In this document: positions 45,139 to 59,398 of the stretch, piece after piece
Position numbering within the stretch: position 1 is the stretch's first letter
Layout: every line of letters begins with the position of its first letter
Assembly: GCA_031375445.1 (NCBI GenBank)
Contig: JANMHV010000458.1
Coordinates: 1-60,282, forward strand
Length of the DNA: 60,282 nt
Reading direction: 5' to 3'
From: Burkholderiales bacterium
Lineage (GTDB): Bacteria; Pseudomonadota; Gammaproteobacteria; Burkholderiales; Usitatibacteraceae
Notes under the pieces: model-generated
Told to the model about the DNA's origin: nothing
Seen by the model: the letters and a program-made list of their open reading frames with translations, nothing else
Database searches by the model: none
Made by a program: the position numbers and the translations under genes

Positions 45139-46333
45139 GCTGCATCCTCGCCAGGTGGCGGCCGGAGCTTTCGAGCTCGGCCGTGCGCCGGGGCGGGAAG
45201 GTTTCCCAGCCTCCGCACGCGGGGCACTGCCAGAAGAACTGGCGCGCCTTGAATCCGCAATTGCCGCACAGGTACACGGCGAGCGCCTGGGCGTGCGAAT
45301 GCACCAGGTTCTTCATCAGCTGCAGGTCCTGGCGGCGCTCGGCCGGGGCGCGCACCAGCTCCGCGTCGATCAGGCGGTCCAGGCCCACCAGCGTGGGGTT
45401 GCGCCGCACCTCCTCGCGCACCAGCCGCCACGCGGCCTCGTCGCCCTCGGTCTCGGCGGTGACCTGGTAGACCACGTTCAGCAGGTCCAGGCCCGGATAG
45501 CGGTGCTGCAGGCCGCGCAGCAGCGCCAGGCCCTCCACCACTTGCCCCAGTGCCTTGAAGCTCTCCACCATCCCCTCGGCGGCGAGCCCGATGTAGGCCG
45601 GGTCCTGGGATTCGATCGCCTTCCACGCCTCGATCGCCTCCTGGTGGCGCCCGACGCGCGCGAGCCAGTCGCCGCGCAGCAGGTTGGCGCGCACGCATTT
45701 GCGGTTCACTTCCAGCGCCTTGCCGAGGAAGGCGTCGGCCGCGGCGTCGCGGGCATGCACCTGCTCGGTGATCGCGAGCTCGCAGTAGTAGTTGGCGATC
45801 TCCTTCTGGTAGTTGCGCTTGGCGCTCGCCTCGAGCTTGCGCGCGACGTCGATCGCCTTCTCCCAGTCCTTCTCCTGGATGTAGATGTCGAGGAGGTGGC
45901 GGTGCACGTCGGGCGACGGGTCCACTTCGGCCAGCCGCGTGAGCACTTCCTCGGCGTGGTCGAGGAGCCCGGCCTTGAAGTAGTCCTGGGCCAGCTCGAA
46001 CGAGGCCTCGCGCCGCTGCTCGGCGGGCAGGTCCTCGCGGTTCACCAGGTCCTGGTGCATGCGGATGGCGCGGTCGACCTCGCCGCGCCGGCGGAAGAGG
46101 CTGCCGAGGGCGAACTGCAGCTCCACCGTCTGCGGGTTCTCCTTGGCGACCTGGAGGAACGACTCGATCGCCTTGTCCGGCTGCTCGTTCAGGAGGAAAT
46201 TGAGGCCGCGAAAGTACGAGGACGGCATCGCCCGCGATTCCGACAGCAATGACTTGAGGTCGATTCGCGCGGCGATCCAGCCCATTCCGAAGAAGACCGG
46301 AAGGGCGACGAGCCACCAGAGCTCAAACTCCAT
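45128..46333 (-). CDS. lapB: LPS assembly protein B
   Basis: N-terminal TM, TPR repeats, C-terminal CxxC..CxxC rubredoxin motif. Confidence 0.95.
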   Translation of the reverse strand: MEFELWWLVALPVFFGMGWIAARIDLKSLLSESRAMPSSYFRGLNFLLNEQPDKAIESFLQVAKENPQTVELQFALGSLFRRRGEVDRAIRMHQDLVNREDLPAEQRREASFELAQDYFKAGLLDHAEEVLTRLAEVDPSPDVHRHLLDIYIQEKDWEKAIDVARKLEASAKRNYQKEIANYYCELAITEQVHARDAAADAFLGKALEVNRKCVRANLLRGDWLARVGRHQEAIEAWKAIESQDPAYIGLAAEGMVESFKALGQVVEGLALLRGLQHRYPGLDLLNVVYQVTAETEGDEAAWRLVREEVRRNPTLVGLDRLIDAELVRAPAERRQDLQLMKNLVHSHAQALAVYLCGNCGFKARQFFWQCPACGGWETFPPRRTAELESSGRHLARMQLGQ

Positions 46334-46646
46334 GGAAATCGGTCCGCGGGGGCTCGCGGTCGTGGGCGGCAGAAGGCGGCGGGGTCGCCGCGGCGAGGGC
46401 CACCTGCGCTTCGGCCGCGCGCTTCAACTTCCCGATCTCGCGGCGCTGGCGCACCACCGTCGGGACCCAGGCGAGGAGCCCGATCACGACGCCACCAATG
46501 AAGACCAGCAGCAGCACGAACACGAGCGGCGCCTGCCACGACTGCTCCGGCAGGCCGTGGATCGTCACGGTCTGGGCATTCTTCACCGCGAACCAGACGA
46601 GGATCACGACGATCGCGAAGCGGACGATCCAGACGAGGGCTTGCAT
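46323..46646 (-). CDS. lapA: LPS assembly protein A
   Basis: FAVKN..V, 2 TM segments, position between ihfB and lapB. Confidence 0.88.
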   Translation of the reverse strand: MQALVWIVRFAIVVILVWFAVKNAQTVTIHGLPEQSWQAPLVFVLLLVFIGGVVIGLLAWVPTVVRQRREIGKLKRAAEAQVALAAATPPPSAAHDREPPRTDFHGV

Positions 46647-46702
46647 TCGATTGGGGTGGTGACGTGTGGAAGTGCGTCATTTTACCCGCACGCCCGAGAG
46701 CA

Positions 46703-46877
46703 GGGACGCAGATGGCCGCAGATCGAAAAGAGATGTTCGCGGATGGGGCAGGAGAATCGTGTGGCCGCGAAAAAATCGGGCAGCCGCGAAGTTGCGGACA
46801 CCGATTCCATTCGCGATGCCGCACTGGGTCCCCTGATCCGCGACTATCGCTCTCTTATCGGGGCCAATCTGCGTCCC
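46703..46877. repeat. Long palindromic element D (degenerate arms of phased CGCAGAT-type units)
   Basis: GGGACGCAGAT at 46703-46713 pairs with ATCTGCGTCCC at 46867-46877; four GAT-ending units per arm; self-complementary spacer. Confidence 0.8.
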
Positions 46878-46892
46878 CCCGTCCTTGCCGTC

Positions 46893-46922
46893 AAAAAAAA
46901 CGGCAGGCCAGAGGCCTGCCGT
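46893..46922 (-). terminator. Intrinsic terminator after rpsA-ihfB
   Basis: ACGGCAGGCC/GGCCTGCCGT stem followed by a T8 run on the minus strand. Confidence 0.9.
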
Positions 46923-46943
46923 CGTGAGCTTGGTACCCGGGGT

Positions 46944-47231
46944 TCAACCCTCGTGGTAATCCACGCGCTCCCGCAGCTCCTTCCCCGCCTTGAAGTGGGG
47001 AACATACTTGCGGGGAACCTGCACCTTCTCGCCGGTCTTGGGGTTTCGCCCCACCCTCGGCGGCCGGTAGTTCAGCCCGAAGCTGCCGAATCCGCGGATC
47101 TCGATGCGATTGCCGGTGGCCAATGTCATCGACATGGCGTCCAGCATCGTCTTAACCGCAAGCTCGGCATCCTTCGGGGCCAGCTGGCTATGGCGCGCGC
47201 TCAGGAGCTCGATGAGCTGCGACTTGGTCAT
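46944..47231 (-). CDS. ihfB: Integration host factor beta subunit
   Basis: [38 protein letters not shown]. Confidence 0.97.
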   Translation of the reverse strand: MTKSQLIELLSARHSQLAPKDAELAVKTMLDAMSMTLATGNRIEIRGFGSFGLNYRPPRVGRNPKTGEKVQVPRKYVPHFKAGKELRERVDYHEG

Positions 47232-47262
47232 GGCCCGTTTCTCCCCCCGGGTATCGATTTTC

Positions 47263-48981
47263 TTATTCCTTGTCCTTGGAGCCGAGCTTGGCCTTCAGCA
47301 ACGCGCCCAGGTTGGTGGTGCCAGCGCTGCCGCTGGATTCCGAAGCGTGTTTCTGCATGGCGGCGGCTTCTTCGGCCGCATCCTTCTGCTTGATGGACAA
47401 GTTGATGGAACGGCTCTTGCGGTCGATGTTGACGATGACCATCTCCAGCTCCTCGCCTTCGCGAAGGTGCTTGGCCACGTCTTCCACGCGGTCGCGCGAG
47501 ATCTCGGAGGCGCGCAGGTACCCTTCCACGTCCTTCTCCAGCTCGATCACCGCACCCTTGGGCTCGATCGACTTCACCTTGCCGTGCACGATGCTGCCCT
47601 TGTCGTGGACGGTGGTGTAGTTGCCGAACGGGTCGCCCTCCATCTGCTTGATGCCGAGCGAGATGCGCTCGCGCTCGACGTCGATGGAGAGCACCACGGT
47701 CTCGACCTCGTCGCCCTTCTTCAGGTTCTTCACCGCCTCCTCGCCCGTTACCTGCCAGGAGAGGTCTGAGAGGTGCACCAGGCCGTCGATGTTGCCGGGA
47801 AGGCCGATGAACACGCCGAAGTCGGTGATCGACTTGATCACGCCGCGGACCTTGTCGCCCTTCTTGTGGTTCATCGCGAACTCTTCCCACGGGTTCGGCA
47901 TGCACTGCTTCATGCCGAGCGAGATGCGGCGGCGGTCTTCGTCGATCTCGAGGATCATGACTTCGACTTCGTCGCCCAGGCTCACCACCTTGGCGGGATG
48001 CACGTTCTTGTTGGTCCAGTCCATCTCGGAGACGTGCACCAGGCCCTCGATGCCGCTCTCGATCTCGACGAAGGCGCCGTAGTCCGTGATGTTGGTGACC
48101 TTGCCGAAGAGGCGCGTGCCCTGCGGGTAGCGCCGGGAGATGCCCACCCACGGGTCCTCGCCCAGCTGCTTGAGACCCAGCGAGACGCGGTTCTTCTCGG
48201 CGTCGAACTTGAGGATCTTGGCGGTGACTTCGTCGCCGACCGCGAGGACTTCCGTCGGGTGCTTCACGCGGCGCCAGGCGAGGTCGGTGATGTGCAGCAG
48301 GCCATCGATGCCGCCCAGGTCCACGAAGGCGCCGTAGTCGGTGATGTTCTTCACGACGCCCTTCACGACCGCACCTTCCTTCAGCGTCTCGAGGAGCTGC
48401 TGGCGTTCGACGCCGGCGGTCTCTTCCATGACGGCGCGGCGCGACACCACGACGTTGTTCCTCTTGCGGTCGAGCTTGATGACCTTGAACTCGAGCTCCT
48501 TGCCCTCGAAGTGCGAGGTGTCCTTGACAGGACGCAGGTCGACGAGCGAGCCGGGCAGGAAGGCGCGGATGCCGTTCACCATGACGGTGAGGCCGCCCTT
48601 CACCTTGCCGGATACCACACCCTTGATGATGAGGCCGCCGGCGAGCGCGTCATCGAGGCTGGTCCACGCGGCGAGCTTCTTGGCCTTGTCGCGGGAGAGC
48701 TTGGTGGCGCCGAAGCCGTCTTCCAGGGCTTCGATGGCGACCGAGACGAAATCGCCGGGTTTTACCTCGACTTCGCCGCGATCGTTCTTGAATTCTTCGA
48801 CATCGATGGTGCTTTCGGACTTGAGGCCCGCGTTGACGATCACGACGTTGGGGTCGACCGAGATGACCTCAGCGGTGATCACTTCGCCGATGCGCATTTC
48901 CTGGAGCGCGAGGCTCTCTTCGAAAAGGGCGGCGAAGCTGTCGGGTGCGGCGGGGTTGGATTGGGTTGAGGTGGACAACAT
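47263..48981 (-). CDS. rpsA: 30S ribosomal protein S1
   Basis: Six S1 repeats (DYGAFVD, GLVHVSE, GLVHLSD). Confidence 0.97.
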   Translation of the reverse strand: MLSTSTQSNPAAPDSFAALFEESLALQEMRIGEVITAEVISVDPNVVIVNAGLKSESTIDVEEFKNDRGEVEVKPGDFVSVAIEALEDGFGATKLSRDKAKKLAAWTSLDDALAGGLIIKGVVSGKVKGGLTVMVNGIRAFLPGSLVDLRPVKDTSHFEGKELEFKVIKLDRKRNNVVVSRRAVMEETAGVERQQLLETLKEGAVVKGVVKNITDYGAFVDLGGIDGLLHITDLAWRRVKHPTEVLAVGDEVTAKILKFDAEKNRVSLGLKQLGEDPWVGISRRYPQGTRLFGKVTNITDYGAFVEIESGIEGLVHVSEMDWTNKNVHPAKVVSLGDEVEVMILEIDEDRRRISLGMKQCMPNPWEEFAMNHKKGDKVRGVIKSITDFGVFIGLPGNIDGLVHLSDLSWQVTGEEAVKNLKKGDEVETVVLSIDVERERISLGIKQMEGDPFGNYTTVHDKGSIVHGKVKSIEPKGAVIELEKDVEGYLRASEISRDRVEDVAKHLREGEELEMVIVNIDRKSRSINLSIKQKDAAEEAAAMQKHASESSGSAGTTNLGALLKAKLGSKDKE

Positions 48982-49056
48982 GGACCTGGCTTTCGGATGG
49001 GGCGGCCATTTCACCGGCCGCCGTTGATTTCGCCAGGAAGGCGGGCCTTTCGCGGC

Positions 49057-49740
49057 CTAACCCCCTGACACCCTTGGGCTTTCATGCTTCTCCCGCCACC
49101 ACTGCAGCACCTGCTGCACCGCCTCGTCGACGGAAAGCCCCGTGGTATCGAGAAATATCGCGTCGGGATAATGCTTTAGCGGCGCCACGGGCCGGGAGGC
49201 GTCCTTCTCGTCCCGGCGCCGCAGATCCTCCACGACGTCCTGCATTTTGGCATACAGTCCCTTTTCCATCAACTGCTTATGCCTCCGTTCGGCACGGATG
49301 GCGACGTCGCCGGCGAGGAACACCTTGAGCGACGCATCCGGGAACACTACCGAACCCATGTCGCGCCCGTCGGCGACCAGCCCCGGAGGGCGCTGGAACG
49401 CCCTCTGGCGCGCGAGCAGCGCCTCCCGCACCGCGGGGTAGGCGGCGACCCCGGAAGCGGCGGTGCCGACCTCCTCGGATCGGAGAGCGAGGGTGACCTC
49501 CTCCCCCCCGAGCCAGGTGCCGCCGTCCCGGAACTCGACCGGGAGGGCGGCGGCCAGCCGGGCGATGGCCGGTGCGTCGGCCGCATCCACGCCCGAGCGC
49601 AGGGCCGCCAGGGCCGTCAGCCGGTACAGGGCGCCGCTGTCCAGGTAGTGGAACCCCAGCGCCCCGGCCACCCGCGCCGCCACCGTGCCCTTGCCGGAGG
49701 CCGAGGGCCCGTCGATCGCGATCACCGGGACGGCGCTCAC
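49057..49740 (-). CDS. cmk: Cytidylate kinase
   Basis: [28 protein letters not shown]; GTGA overlap with aroA. Confidence 0.95.
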   Translation of the reverse strand: MSAVPVIAIDGPSASGKGTVAARVAGALGFHYLDSGALYRLTALAALRSGVDAADAPAIARLAAALPVEFRDGGTWLGGEEVTLALRSEEVGTAASGVAAYPAVREALLARQRAFQRPPGLVADGRDMGSVVFPDASLKVFLAGDVAIRAERRHKQLMEKGLYAKMQDVVEDLRRRDEKDASRPVAPLKHYPDAIFLDTTGLSVDEAVQQVLQWWREKHESPRVSGG

Positions 49741-51053
49741 GAAACCAGCCGCGCGAAGTCGTCGAAGTAGCGGGGATAGGTCTTGGCCACGCAGCGCGGG
49801 TCGTTGATGCGCACCGGCCGGGGGCCGAATGAGGCGAGGGAGAAGCACATCGCCATGCGGTGGTCGTCGTAGGTATCGATCGCGACCGGCGCCACGGTGG
49901 TGGCCACGCGGCGCGCCATCAGGTCGCGCGGCGGGAAGATGCGCAGGAAATTGCCGCCCTCCTGCACCCGGGCGCCGAACTTGCGCAGCTCCGTCGCCAT
50001 GGCGGCGATGCGGTCGGTCTCCTTCACGCGCCAGCTGGCGATGTTGCGCAGCGTGCACGGGCCGCCCTCGGTGAAGAGCGCGAGCACCGCGGCAGTCATC
50101 GCCGCGTCGGGAATGGGGTTCATGTCGAGGTCGAAGGCGGCGAGCGGCCGGTCGCAGGACGACTCGATCCAGTCTTCTCCCATGCGAATGGTCCCGCCCA
50201 GCGCCTCGAGCACCTCGGTGAAGCGCACGTCGCCCTGGGCGCTCGCCCGCCCCACGCCCTGCACCCGCACCGGTCCCCCGCCCAGGAGGCCCGCGGCGAG
50301 GAAGTACGAGGCCGACGAGGCGTCGCCCTCCACGGCGAAGCGGCCCGGCGAGCGATAACCGCCCGCGGGCACGTCGAACGACTTCCACTCGTCGCGCTCG
50401 ACCGCGACGCCAAAGCGCGCCATGAGGCCCAGGGTGAGCTCGACGTAGGGTTTGGAGATCAGCTCCCCCTGGATCTCGACGCGGGCCGCCTGGCCGCTCC
50501 AGGGCAGCGCCATCAGCACCCCCGAGAGGAACTGGCTGGAGACGTCGCCCCGGATGCGCAGCGTCGGGATCGGCCCCGGCACCCGCGCGGAGATGGCGAG
50601 CGGCGGGAAGCCTTCGTTGCCCGTGTACTCGATGCCGGCGCCCGCCGGGCGGAGTGCCTCGACCAGGTCGCCGATGGGACGCTCGTGCATCCGCGGCACG
50701 CCGGAGAGGCGGTAGGTTCCGTCGGAAAGCGCCAGCACCGCGGCGAGCGAACGCGCCGCGGTGCCCGAATTGCCGAGGAAGACCTGCGCTACCTTGTTCG
50801 GAAATCCGGGGCCCGGACCCACGCCGTTGATTCGGAGGTGTTCGGGGCCGTCGACTTCCTTCACCTGCACGCCCAGGGCCCAGAGCGCCTCGCGCATCAC
50901 GCGCGTGTCGTCCGCGTCGAGGAGCCCGGTGAGCTCCGTCGTGCCGCGCGACAGGGCCGCCAGGAGCAGCGCGCGATTGGAAACACTTTTCGAGCCGGGG
51001 AGCTGGAGCAAGCCCCGGGCGCGCGTGACCGGGTTCAAGAAGAGGAAGTCCAT
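49737..51053 (-). CDS. aroA: EPSP synthase
   Basis: [34 protein letters not shown]. Confidence 0.96.
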   Translation of the reverse strand: MDFLFLNPVTRARGLLQLPGSKSVSNRALLLAALSRGTTELTGLLDADDTRVMREALWALGVQVKEVDGPEHLRINGVGPGPGFPNKVAQVFLGNSGTAARSLAAVLALSDGTYRLSGVPRMHERPIGDLVEALRPAGAGIEYTGNEGFPPLAISARVPGPIPTLRIRGDVSSQFLSGVLMALPWSGQAARVEIQGELISKPYVELTLGLMARFGVAVERDEWKSFDVPAGGYRSPGRFAVEGDASSASYFLAAGLLGGGPVRVQGVGRASAQGDVRFTEVLEALGGTIRMGEDWIESSCDRPLAAFDLDMNPIPDAAMTAAVLALFTEGGPCTLRNIASWRVKETDRIAAMATELRKFGARVQEGGNFLRIFPPRDLMARRVATTVAPVAIDTYDDHRMAMCFSLASFGPRPVRINDPRCVAKTYPRYFDDFARLVS

Positions 51054-51055
51054 GG

Positions 51056-51943
51056 CTACTCGCTCGCCGGCGGTCGCCGCCCGGGACCCAGCGCCTGGCG
51101 GCTCGCACGCGCCTCGGCCATCAGCCGCTGCAGGCCGGGACCGTCGCCGCGCTCGACCAGGTCGCGGAACACCGCCACCCGGGCCGCGTAGCGGTCCAGC
51201 TCCTCGAGGAGGGCCGCGCGGTTCTGCAGCGCGATGTCGCGCCACATCTCCGGGGAGCTCGCGGCGATGCGCGTGAAGTCGCGGAAGCCCCCGCCGGTAA
51301 AGCCGAAGAGCTCGGCGGAGTTCTCGCGTGCCGTGATCTCCGAGACCAGCGCGAAGGCGAGCAGGTGCGGCAGGTGGCTCACCGCGGCGAAGATGCGGTC
51401 GTGGTCGGCATCGGCGAGCAGCGCCACGCGACCTCCCGCGGCCTCCCAGCAGGCACGCACCACCTCGACCGCGTCGGGAGCGGTGTCGGCGGCCGGGGTG
51501 AGGACCACGCGCGCGCCCTTGAAGAGATCCGCCGTCGCGGCATCCACGCCGCTCGACTCGCGCCCGGCGATGGGGTGGCCGGGCACGAAGCGAGGGAAGC
51601 GCTCGCGCAACTCGTGGCGCGCGATGGCGACCACGTCGGCCTTGGTGCTGCCTACGTCGGTCACCACCGCCTGGGGACCCAGCGCGGGTCCCACGTCATG
51701 GAGCACGGCACCGATGGCGCGCACCGGAACGGCCACCACCACCAGGTCGGCGCCGTCGGCGGCCTCGCGGGCCGAGTCGGCGGCGGTATCGATCACGCCC
51801 AGCGAGGTGCCGCGCTCCAGGGCCGCGGGGTCGCGATCGTAGCCCACGACATTCGTCGCCACGCCCGCGCGGCGCAGCGCGAGGGCGAGCGAGCCGCCCA
51901 CGAGTCCCACCCCGACGAGTGCCAGGCGGCGGATGCGTCGCAC
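51056..51943 (-). CDS. tyrA: Prephenate/arogenate dehydrogenase
   Basis: [32 protein letters not shown]. Confidence 0.92.
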   Translation of the reverse strand: MRRIRRLALVGVGLVGGSLALALRRAGVATNVVGYDRDPAALERGTSLGVIDTAADSAREAADGADLVVVAVPVRAIGAVLHDVGPALGPQAVVTDVGSTKADVVAIARHELRERFPRFVPGHPIAGRESSGVDAATADLFKGARVVLTPAADTAPDAVEVVRACWEAAGGRVALLADADHDRIFAAVSHLPHLLAFALVSEITARENSAELFGFTGGGFRDFTRIAASSPEMWRDIALQNRAALLEELDRYAARVAVFRDLVERGDGPGLQRLMAEARASRQALGPGRRPPASE

Positions 51944-51949
51944 GCGCGC

Positions 51950-53053
51950 TCAGCCCTTCTTCAGCGCGCGCCCGAGGGCGGCCAGGAAGCGCTCGTTGTG
52001 CTCCGGCAACCCGACGGTCACGCGCAGGTGCGCGGGCATGCCGTAGCCCGCGATCGGGCGCACGATAACCCCTTCGGCCAACATCGCGCGATAGATGCGG
52101 TCGGCCTCGCCCACGCGCACGGTGATGAAGTTGCCGTAGGAGGGAATGTATTCGAGGCCGAGGCGCTCGAAGCCCGCGGCGAGCTGCTTCAACCCCTGCG
52201 CGTTGACCGCGCGGCTCTTCGCGATGAACTCGTGGTCCTCCAGGGCGGCCAGCGCCGCCACCATCGCCAGGTGGTTCACGTTGAACGGCTGGCGCACGCG
52301 GTTCATCACCTCGGCCACCTGCGGGTCGGCGACCCCGTAGCCCATCCTCAAGCCCGCGAGGCCGAACGCCTTCGAGAGCGTGCGCGAGACGACAAGGTTC
52401 GGGTGGCGCGCGAGCCACCCGGGCGTGGGCGAACGCAGCTCGTCCGGGAGGTATTCCCCGTAGGCCTCGTCGAACACCACCAGCAGGTGGCGCGGCAGCC
52501 TTGCCACGAAGCGCTCGAGCTCTTCCCAGGGCGTGAAGGTGCCGGTGGGATTGTTGGGGTTGGCTACGAACACGAGCTTCGTGTCGGGACGCACGGCCGC
52601 GGCCATCGCGTCGAGGTCGGTGGCGTAGTCGCGCGCCGGCACCTCGATGCCGGTGGCGCCGATGGCCTGCACCACCAGCGGATACACCATGAAGGCGTGC
52701 TTCGAATAGATGGCGGAATCGTCGCGCGTGAGGAAGGCGCGGGCCACCAGCTCCAGCACGTCGTTGGAGCCGTTGCCGAGCACGAGGTGCTCGGGTGTCA
52801 CGCCCAGTTGGCGTGCGATCAGCGCCTTCAGGTCGTAGCCGCCGCCATCCGGGTAGTAATGGAGCACTTCAAGCGCGCCGCGGATTGCCGCGAGCGCCTT
52901 GGGGGAAGCGCCGAGCGGGCTCTCGTTGGAGGCCATCTTGAGGATGCTCGCCTCCTGCATTCCGAGCTCGCGCGCCGTCTCGGCGATGGGCTTGCCGGGC
53001 ACGTAGGGCGCGATGCCGCGCACGTTGGCCGGGGCCAGGTCCTTCGGTTCCAT
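51950..53053 (-). CDS. hisC: Histidinol-phosphate aminotransferase
   Basis: YVPGKP, ASNE, NPNNPTG, RTLSKAFGLAGLR. Confidence 0.94.
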   Translation of the reverse strand: MEPKDLAPANVRGIAPYVPGKPIAETARELGMQEASILKMASNESPLGASPKALAAIRGALEVLHYYPDGGGYDLKALIARQLGVTPEHLVLGNGSNDVLELVARAFLTRDDSAIYSKHAFMVYPLVVQAIGATGIEVPARDYATDLDAMAAAVRPDTKLVFVANPNNPTGTFTPWEELERFVARLPRHLLVVFDEAYGEYLPDELRSPTPGWLARHPNLVVSRTLSKAFGLAGLRMGYGVADPQVAEVMNRVRQPFNVNHLAMVAALAALEDHEFIAKSRAVNAQGLKQLAAGFERLGLEYIPSYGNFITVRVGEADRIYRAMLAEGVIVRPIAGYGMPAHLRVTVGLPEHNERFLAALGRALKKG

Positions 53054-53094
53054 GGCACTCCTCGTTGGGTTCGCCTCGCGCCGCGCGCCTTCCA

Positions 53095-54192
53095 TCACAG
53101 CACCGCCACCGGGTAGGAGCCCAGCACCTTGATGTACCCGGCGATGCGGCCCACTTCCTCCAGCGCCTCGGCCACCTGCGGGTCGTCGCGATGGCCCTCG
53201 ATGTCGACGAAGAAGAGGTAGTCCCACAGCGCCACCCGCGACGGCCGCGACTCGAACTTGGTCATCGACACGCCGCGCTTGGCGAAGGGCGTCAGCATCT
53301 CGTAGACCGCGCCCGCGCGGTTGCGCGCCGAGAGCACGAGGGAAGTCTTGTCTCGTGCCGAGGGCTTGGGCTGATAGTCGCCCAGGATCAGGAAACGCGT
53401 GGTGTTGTTGGGCTCGTCCTCGATGTTGGCGTGGAGGATCGCGAGCCCGTAGTGCGCCGCGGCCATCTCGCCCGCGACCGCCGCCGAGTTCGCCTCCTGC
53501 GAAGCACGCCGCGCGGCCTCCGCATTGCTCGCCACCGCCACGCGCTCGGCGTGCGGCAGGTTGCTGTTGAGCCACTCGTGGCACTGGCCCAGCGACTGGC
53601 CGTGGGAGAACACGCGCCGGATCGCGGAGAGCTCTTCGGGGACCGCCTTCGCCATGAGGTTGTGGTGGATGCGCACGATCACCTCGCCGCAGACCCTCAT
53701 CGGCGTGTTGGGCATGAGGTCGAGCGAGCGGCCGACGGCGCCCTCGGTCGAGTTCTCCACCGGCACCACGCCGAAATCCGCCGCTCCCGATTCGACCGAG
53801 CGGAACACCTCGTCGATCGAGGCGGTGGGAAGCGCCTCGGCCGCGAGGCCGAAATGCTTGGTGGCCGCGCGCTCGCTGAAGGTGCCGCGGGGCCCGAGGT
53901 AGGCGACGGTGATCGGACGCTCGAGCGCCAGGCACGCCGACATGATCTCGCGGAAGAAAAGTGCCACGGTTTCCCCGGAGAGGGGCCCGGGATTGTGTTC
54001 CTTCATGCGCAACAGCACCTGGGCCTCGCGCTCGGGACGGTAGGCCTGGCCCACCTTGAGCGAGCCCACGGCGCGCGCGAGCCGCGCGCGTTCGCTCAGC
54101 GCCTCGAGGATGCGGTCGTCGACGCGGTCGATGGCGTCGCGCAACCGCGCGAGCTCGCCATCGGGGGGAGCGGGCTTCGGCGCCTCGCTCAT
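53095..54192 (-). CDS. pheA: Chorismate mutase/prephenate dehydratase
   Basis: LRDAID, PVENSTEG, NTTRF, ESRPS. Confidence 0.95.
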   Translation of the reverse strand: MSEAPKPAPPDGELARLRDAIDRVDDRILEALSERARLARAVGSLKVGQAYRPEREAQVLLRMKEHNPGPLSGETVALFFREIMSACLALERPITVAYLGPRGTFSERAATKHFGLAAEALPTASIDEVFRSVESGAADFGVVPVENSTEGAVGRSLDLMPNTPMRVCGEVIVRIHHNLMAKAVPEELSAIRRVFSHGQSLGQCHEWLNSNLPHAERVAVASNAEAARRASQEANSAAVAGEMAAAHYGLAILHANIEDEPNNTTRFLILGDYQPKPSARDKTSLVLSARNRAGAVYEMLTPFAKRGVSMTKFESRPSRVALWDYLFFVDIEGHRDDPQVAEALEEVGRIAGYIKVLGSYPVAVL

Positions 54193-55382
54193 GACGACGC
54201 CTCCACGGGCTGCGGGAGCGAGCGGACGGAAAGCACTCCGGGGATGCGCGCGATGCGCTCGACCACTTCAGGGGCGGCGGCGCTGTCGAGGTCGACGAGC
54301 GTGTACGCCATCTGCCCTCGCGACTTGTTGACCATGTTGTGGATGTTGAGGCCGGCGTGGGCCATCGTAGTGGAAATCTGTCCGAGCATGTTGGGCACGT
54401 TGGCGTTGGCGATGGCGATGCGGTGCGGGGATTCGCGCGCCATCTCCACCGCGGGAAAATTCACCGCGTTGCGGATGGCACCCTCCTCGAGGAAGGCGCG
54501 CAGCTGGTCCACCACCATGAGGGCGCAGTTCTCCTCCGCCTCCTCGGTGGAGGCGCCCAGGTGCGGCAGCGACAGCACCTGCGGGTGGCCCTGCAGCCGC
54601 GGGCTGGGGAAGTCGGTCACGTAGCGGCCCAGGCGCTTGTCGGCGAGAGAAGCGAGCACCGCCTCCTCGTCGACGATCGCGTCGCGCGCGAAGTTGAGCA
54701 GCGTGAGGCCGCGCCTGGCGTGGGCGAGGCGCTTCGCGTCGATGAGGTTGCGCGTGGAATCGACGAGCGGCACGTGGAGCGTCACGAAGTCCGAGGCCCT
54801 CAGCACCTCGTCGATGGACTCGGCGCGGCGCACCGCGGCGGGCAGGCGCCAGGCGTTGTCCACGGTGATGTCGGGGTCGTAGCCCACCACCTTCATGCCG
54901 AGCTTGATCGCGGTGTCGGCCACCAGCCCGCCGATGGCGCCCAGGCCCACGACGCCGAGGGTGCGGCCCGGCAGCTCGAAGCCCGCGAACTGGCGCTTGC
55001 CCTCCTCCACGCGCGCCTCGAAATCGGCGCCGGGGGCGAGCGACTGCACGTAGGCCGCGGCGGGCGTGAGGTTGCGCGCGGAGGCGAGGATGGCGGCGAG
55101 CACCAGCTCCTTCACCGCGTTGGCGTTGGCGCCCGGCGCGTTGAACACCGGCACGCCGCGGCGCGTGAGGACCTCGACGGGGATGTTGTTCACGCCCGAG
55201 CCGCAACGGCCCACGGCCTTCACCGTCGGCCCGATTTCGGACTCGGCGAGCACATGGGAGCGCAGCAGGATCGCATCGGGCTCGGCGAGCGCCTTGCCCA
55301 CGGTGAACACCGCGGCGGGCAGGCGCTGCAGCCCGCGCGGGGACACCGAGTTGTAGACCGCGACGCGGTATCGCTGCGCCAT
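54189..55382 (-). CDS. serA: D-3-phosphoglycerate dehydrogenase with ACT domain
   Basis: GANANAVKEL, GLGAIG, PHLGAST.EAEENCA, NVPNML. Confidence 0.9.
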   Translation of the reverse strand: MAQRYRVAVYNSVSPRGLQRLPAAVFTVGKALAEPDAILLRSHVLAESEIGPTVKAVGRCGSGVNNIPVEVLTRRGVPVFNAPGANANAVKELVLAAILASARNLTPAAAYVQSLAPGADFEARVEEGKRQFAGFELPGRTLGVVGLGAIGGLVADTAIKLGMKVVGYDPDITVDNAWRLPAAVRRAESIDEVLRASDFVTLHVPLVDSTRNLIDAKRLAHARRGLTLLNFARDAIVDEEAVLASLADKRLGRYVTDFPSPRLQGHPQVLSLPHLGASTEEAEENCALMVVDQLRAFLEEGAIRNAVNFPAVEMARESPHRIAIANANVPNMLGQISTTMAHAGLNIHNMVNKSRGQMAYTLVDLDSAAAPEVVERIARIPGVLSVRSLPQPVEASS

Positions 55383-56475
55383 GGCCTACCCGTGCTGCCG
55401 GCGGAATTCTTCCAGGTATTCGACCAGCGCCTCGACGCCTTCCAGCGGCATGGCGTTGTAGATCGAGGCGCGCATGCCGCCGACGGAACGGTGCCCCTTC
55501 AGCGCCGAGAGGCCGCGGGCCTCCGCGCCCTCGAGGAATTTCGCGTCGAGCCCCGGGTCGCGCAGCGTGAACGGCACGTTCATGCGCGAGCGGTCTTCCT
55601 TCGCCACCGGGTTGGAATAGAAGTCCTGGCCGTCGATGTAGCCGTAGAGGAGCCCGGCCTTCTTCACGTTCACCACCTCCATGCCCGCCAGCCCCCCGCG
55701 CTCGAGGATCCACTGGAAGGTGAGGCCCGCCAGGTACACCGAGAAGGTGGGCGGCGTGTTGATCATGGAGTCGGCGTCGGCCATCTGCTTGTAGTCGAGC
55801 ACCGTGGGCGTGCCGGGAAGCGGCTCGCCGATGAGGTCCTCGCGAACGATCACGACCACGAGCCCCGCGGGGCCGATGTTCTTCTGCGCCCCGGCGTAGA
55901 TGAGCCCGTACTTCGAGACGTCGAGCGGGCGCGACAGGATGTGCGACGACATGTCGGAGACGAGGGGGACGCCGCCGGTATCGGGCACCCACTGGTATTC
56001 GACGCCGCCGATGGTCTCGTTGGTGCAGACGTGGACATAGGCCGCGTCCTTCGAGAGCTGCCACGTGGACTGCTTGGGCACGTAGGTGAACTTGCGGTCC
56101 TGGGAGCTCGCCGCCACGTGCGGCTCGCCGAACTTGCGCATCTCCTCGACCGCCTTGCGCGACCATTCGCCGGTGACGACGAAATCGGCCTTTCTCTTCC
56201 CGGCGCGCAGCAGGTTCATCGGCACGGCGGAAAAGTGCAGCGTGGCCCCGCCCTGCAGGAACAGCACCTTGTAATTGTCCGGGATGGCCGCGAGGGTGCG
56301 CAGGTTCGCCTCGGCCTCGGCCGCGATGGCGGTGAACTCCTTGCCGCGATGGCTCATCTCCATCACCGACATGCCGGCCTCGTGCCAGTTGACCAGCTCC
56401 CACTTGGCGCGCTCGAGCACCTCCACCGGCATCGCGGCGGGGCCGGAGCCGAAGTTGAAGACCCGCGCCCCGGGC

Positions 56476-59103
<2,628 letters not shown>

Positions 59104-59398
59104 TTGACCTTGTCGGACGAGCCCGGGTAGCCCGTCTAAGTTATTGTTTTAACGACTTGTTTTGCAGCCGTCGAAAGGTAAATTCTAGCACATCGGCCGG
59201 CCTCTTTCCAACGCTCCCGGCGGCCGGCGGGTTGTCGCGAAAACGCAACCCCCGGGGTTCAAGTGTTGCGAAAAGGCCCACTTTCGGTTGTGGACCATGA
59301 GACCCTTTGTGTATGATGTTGCGAGCATTTGTGGCGCGAGCCTCAGAGAAAAAAGTAAGCAGCAAACAATCATCCAAATCCTCTTGGGAGTTCCGAAT

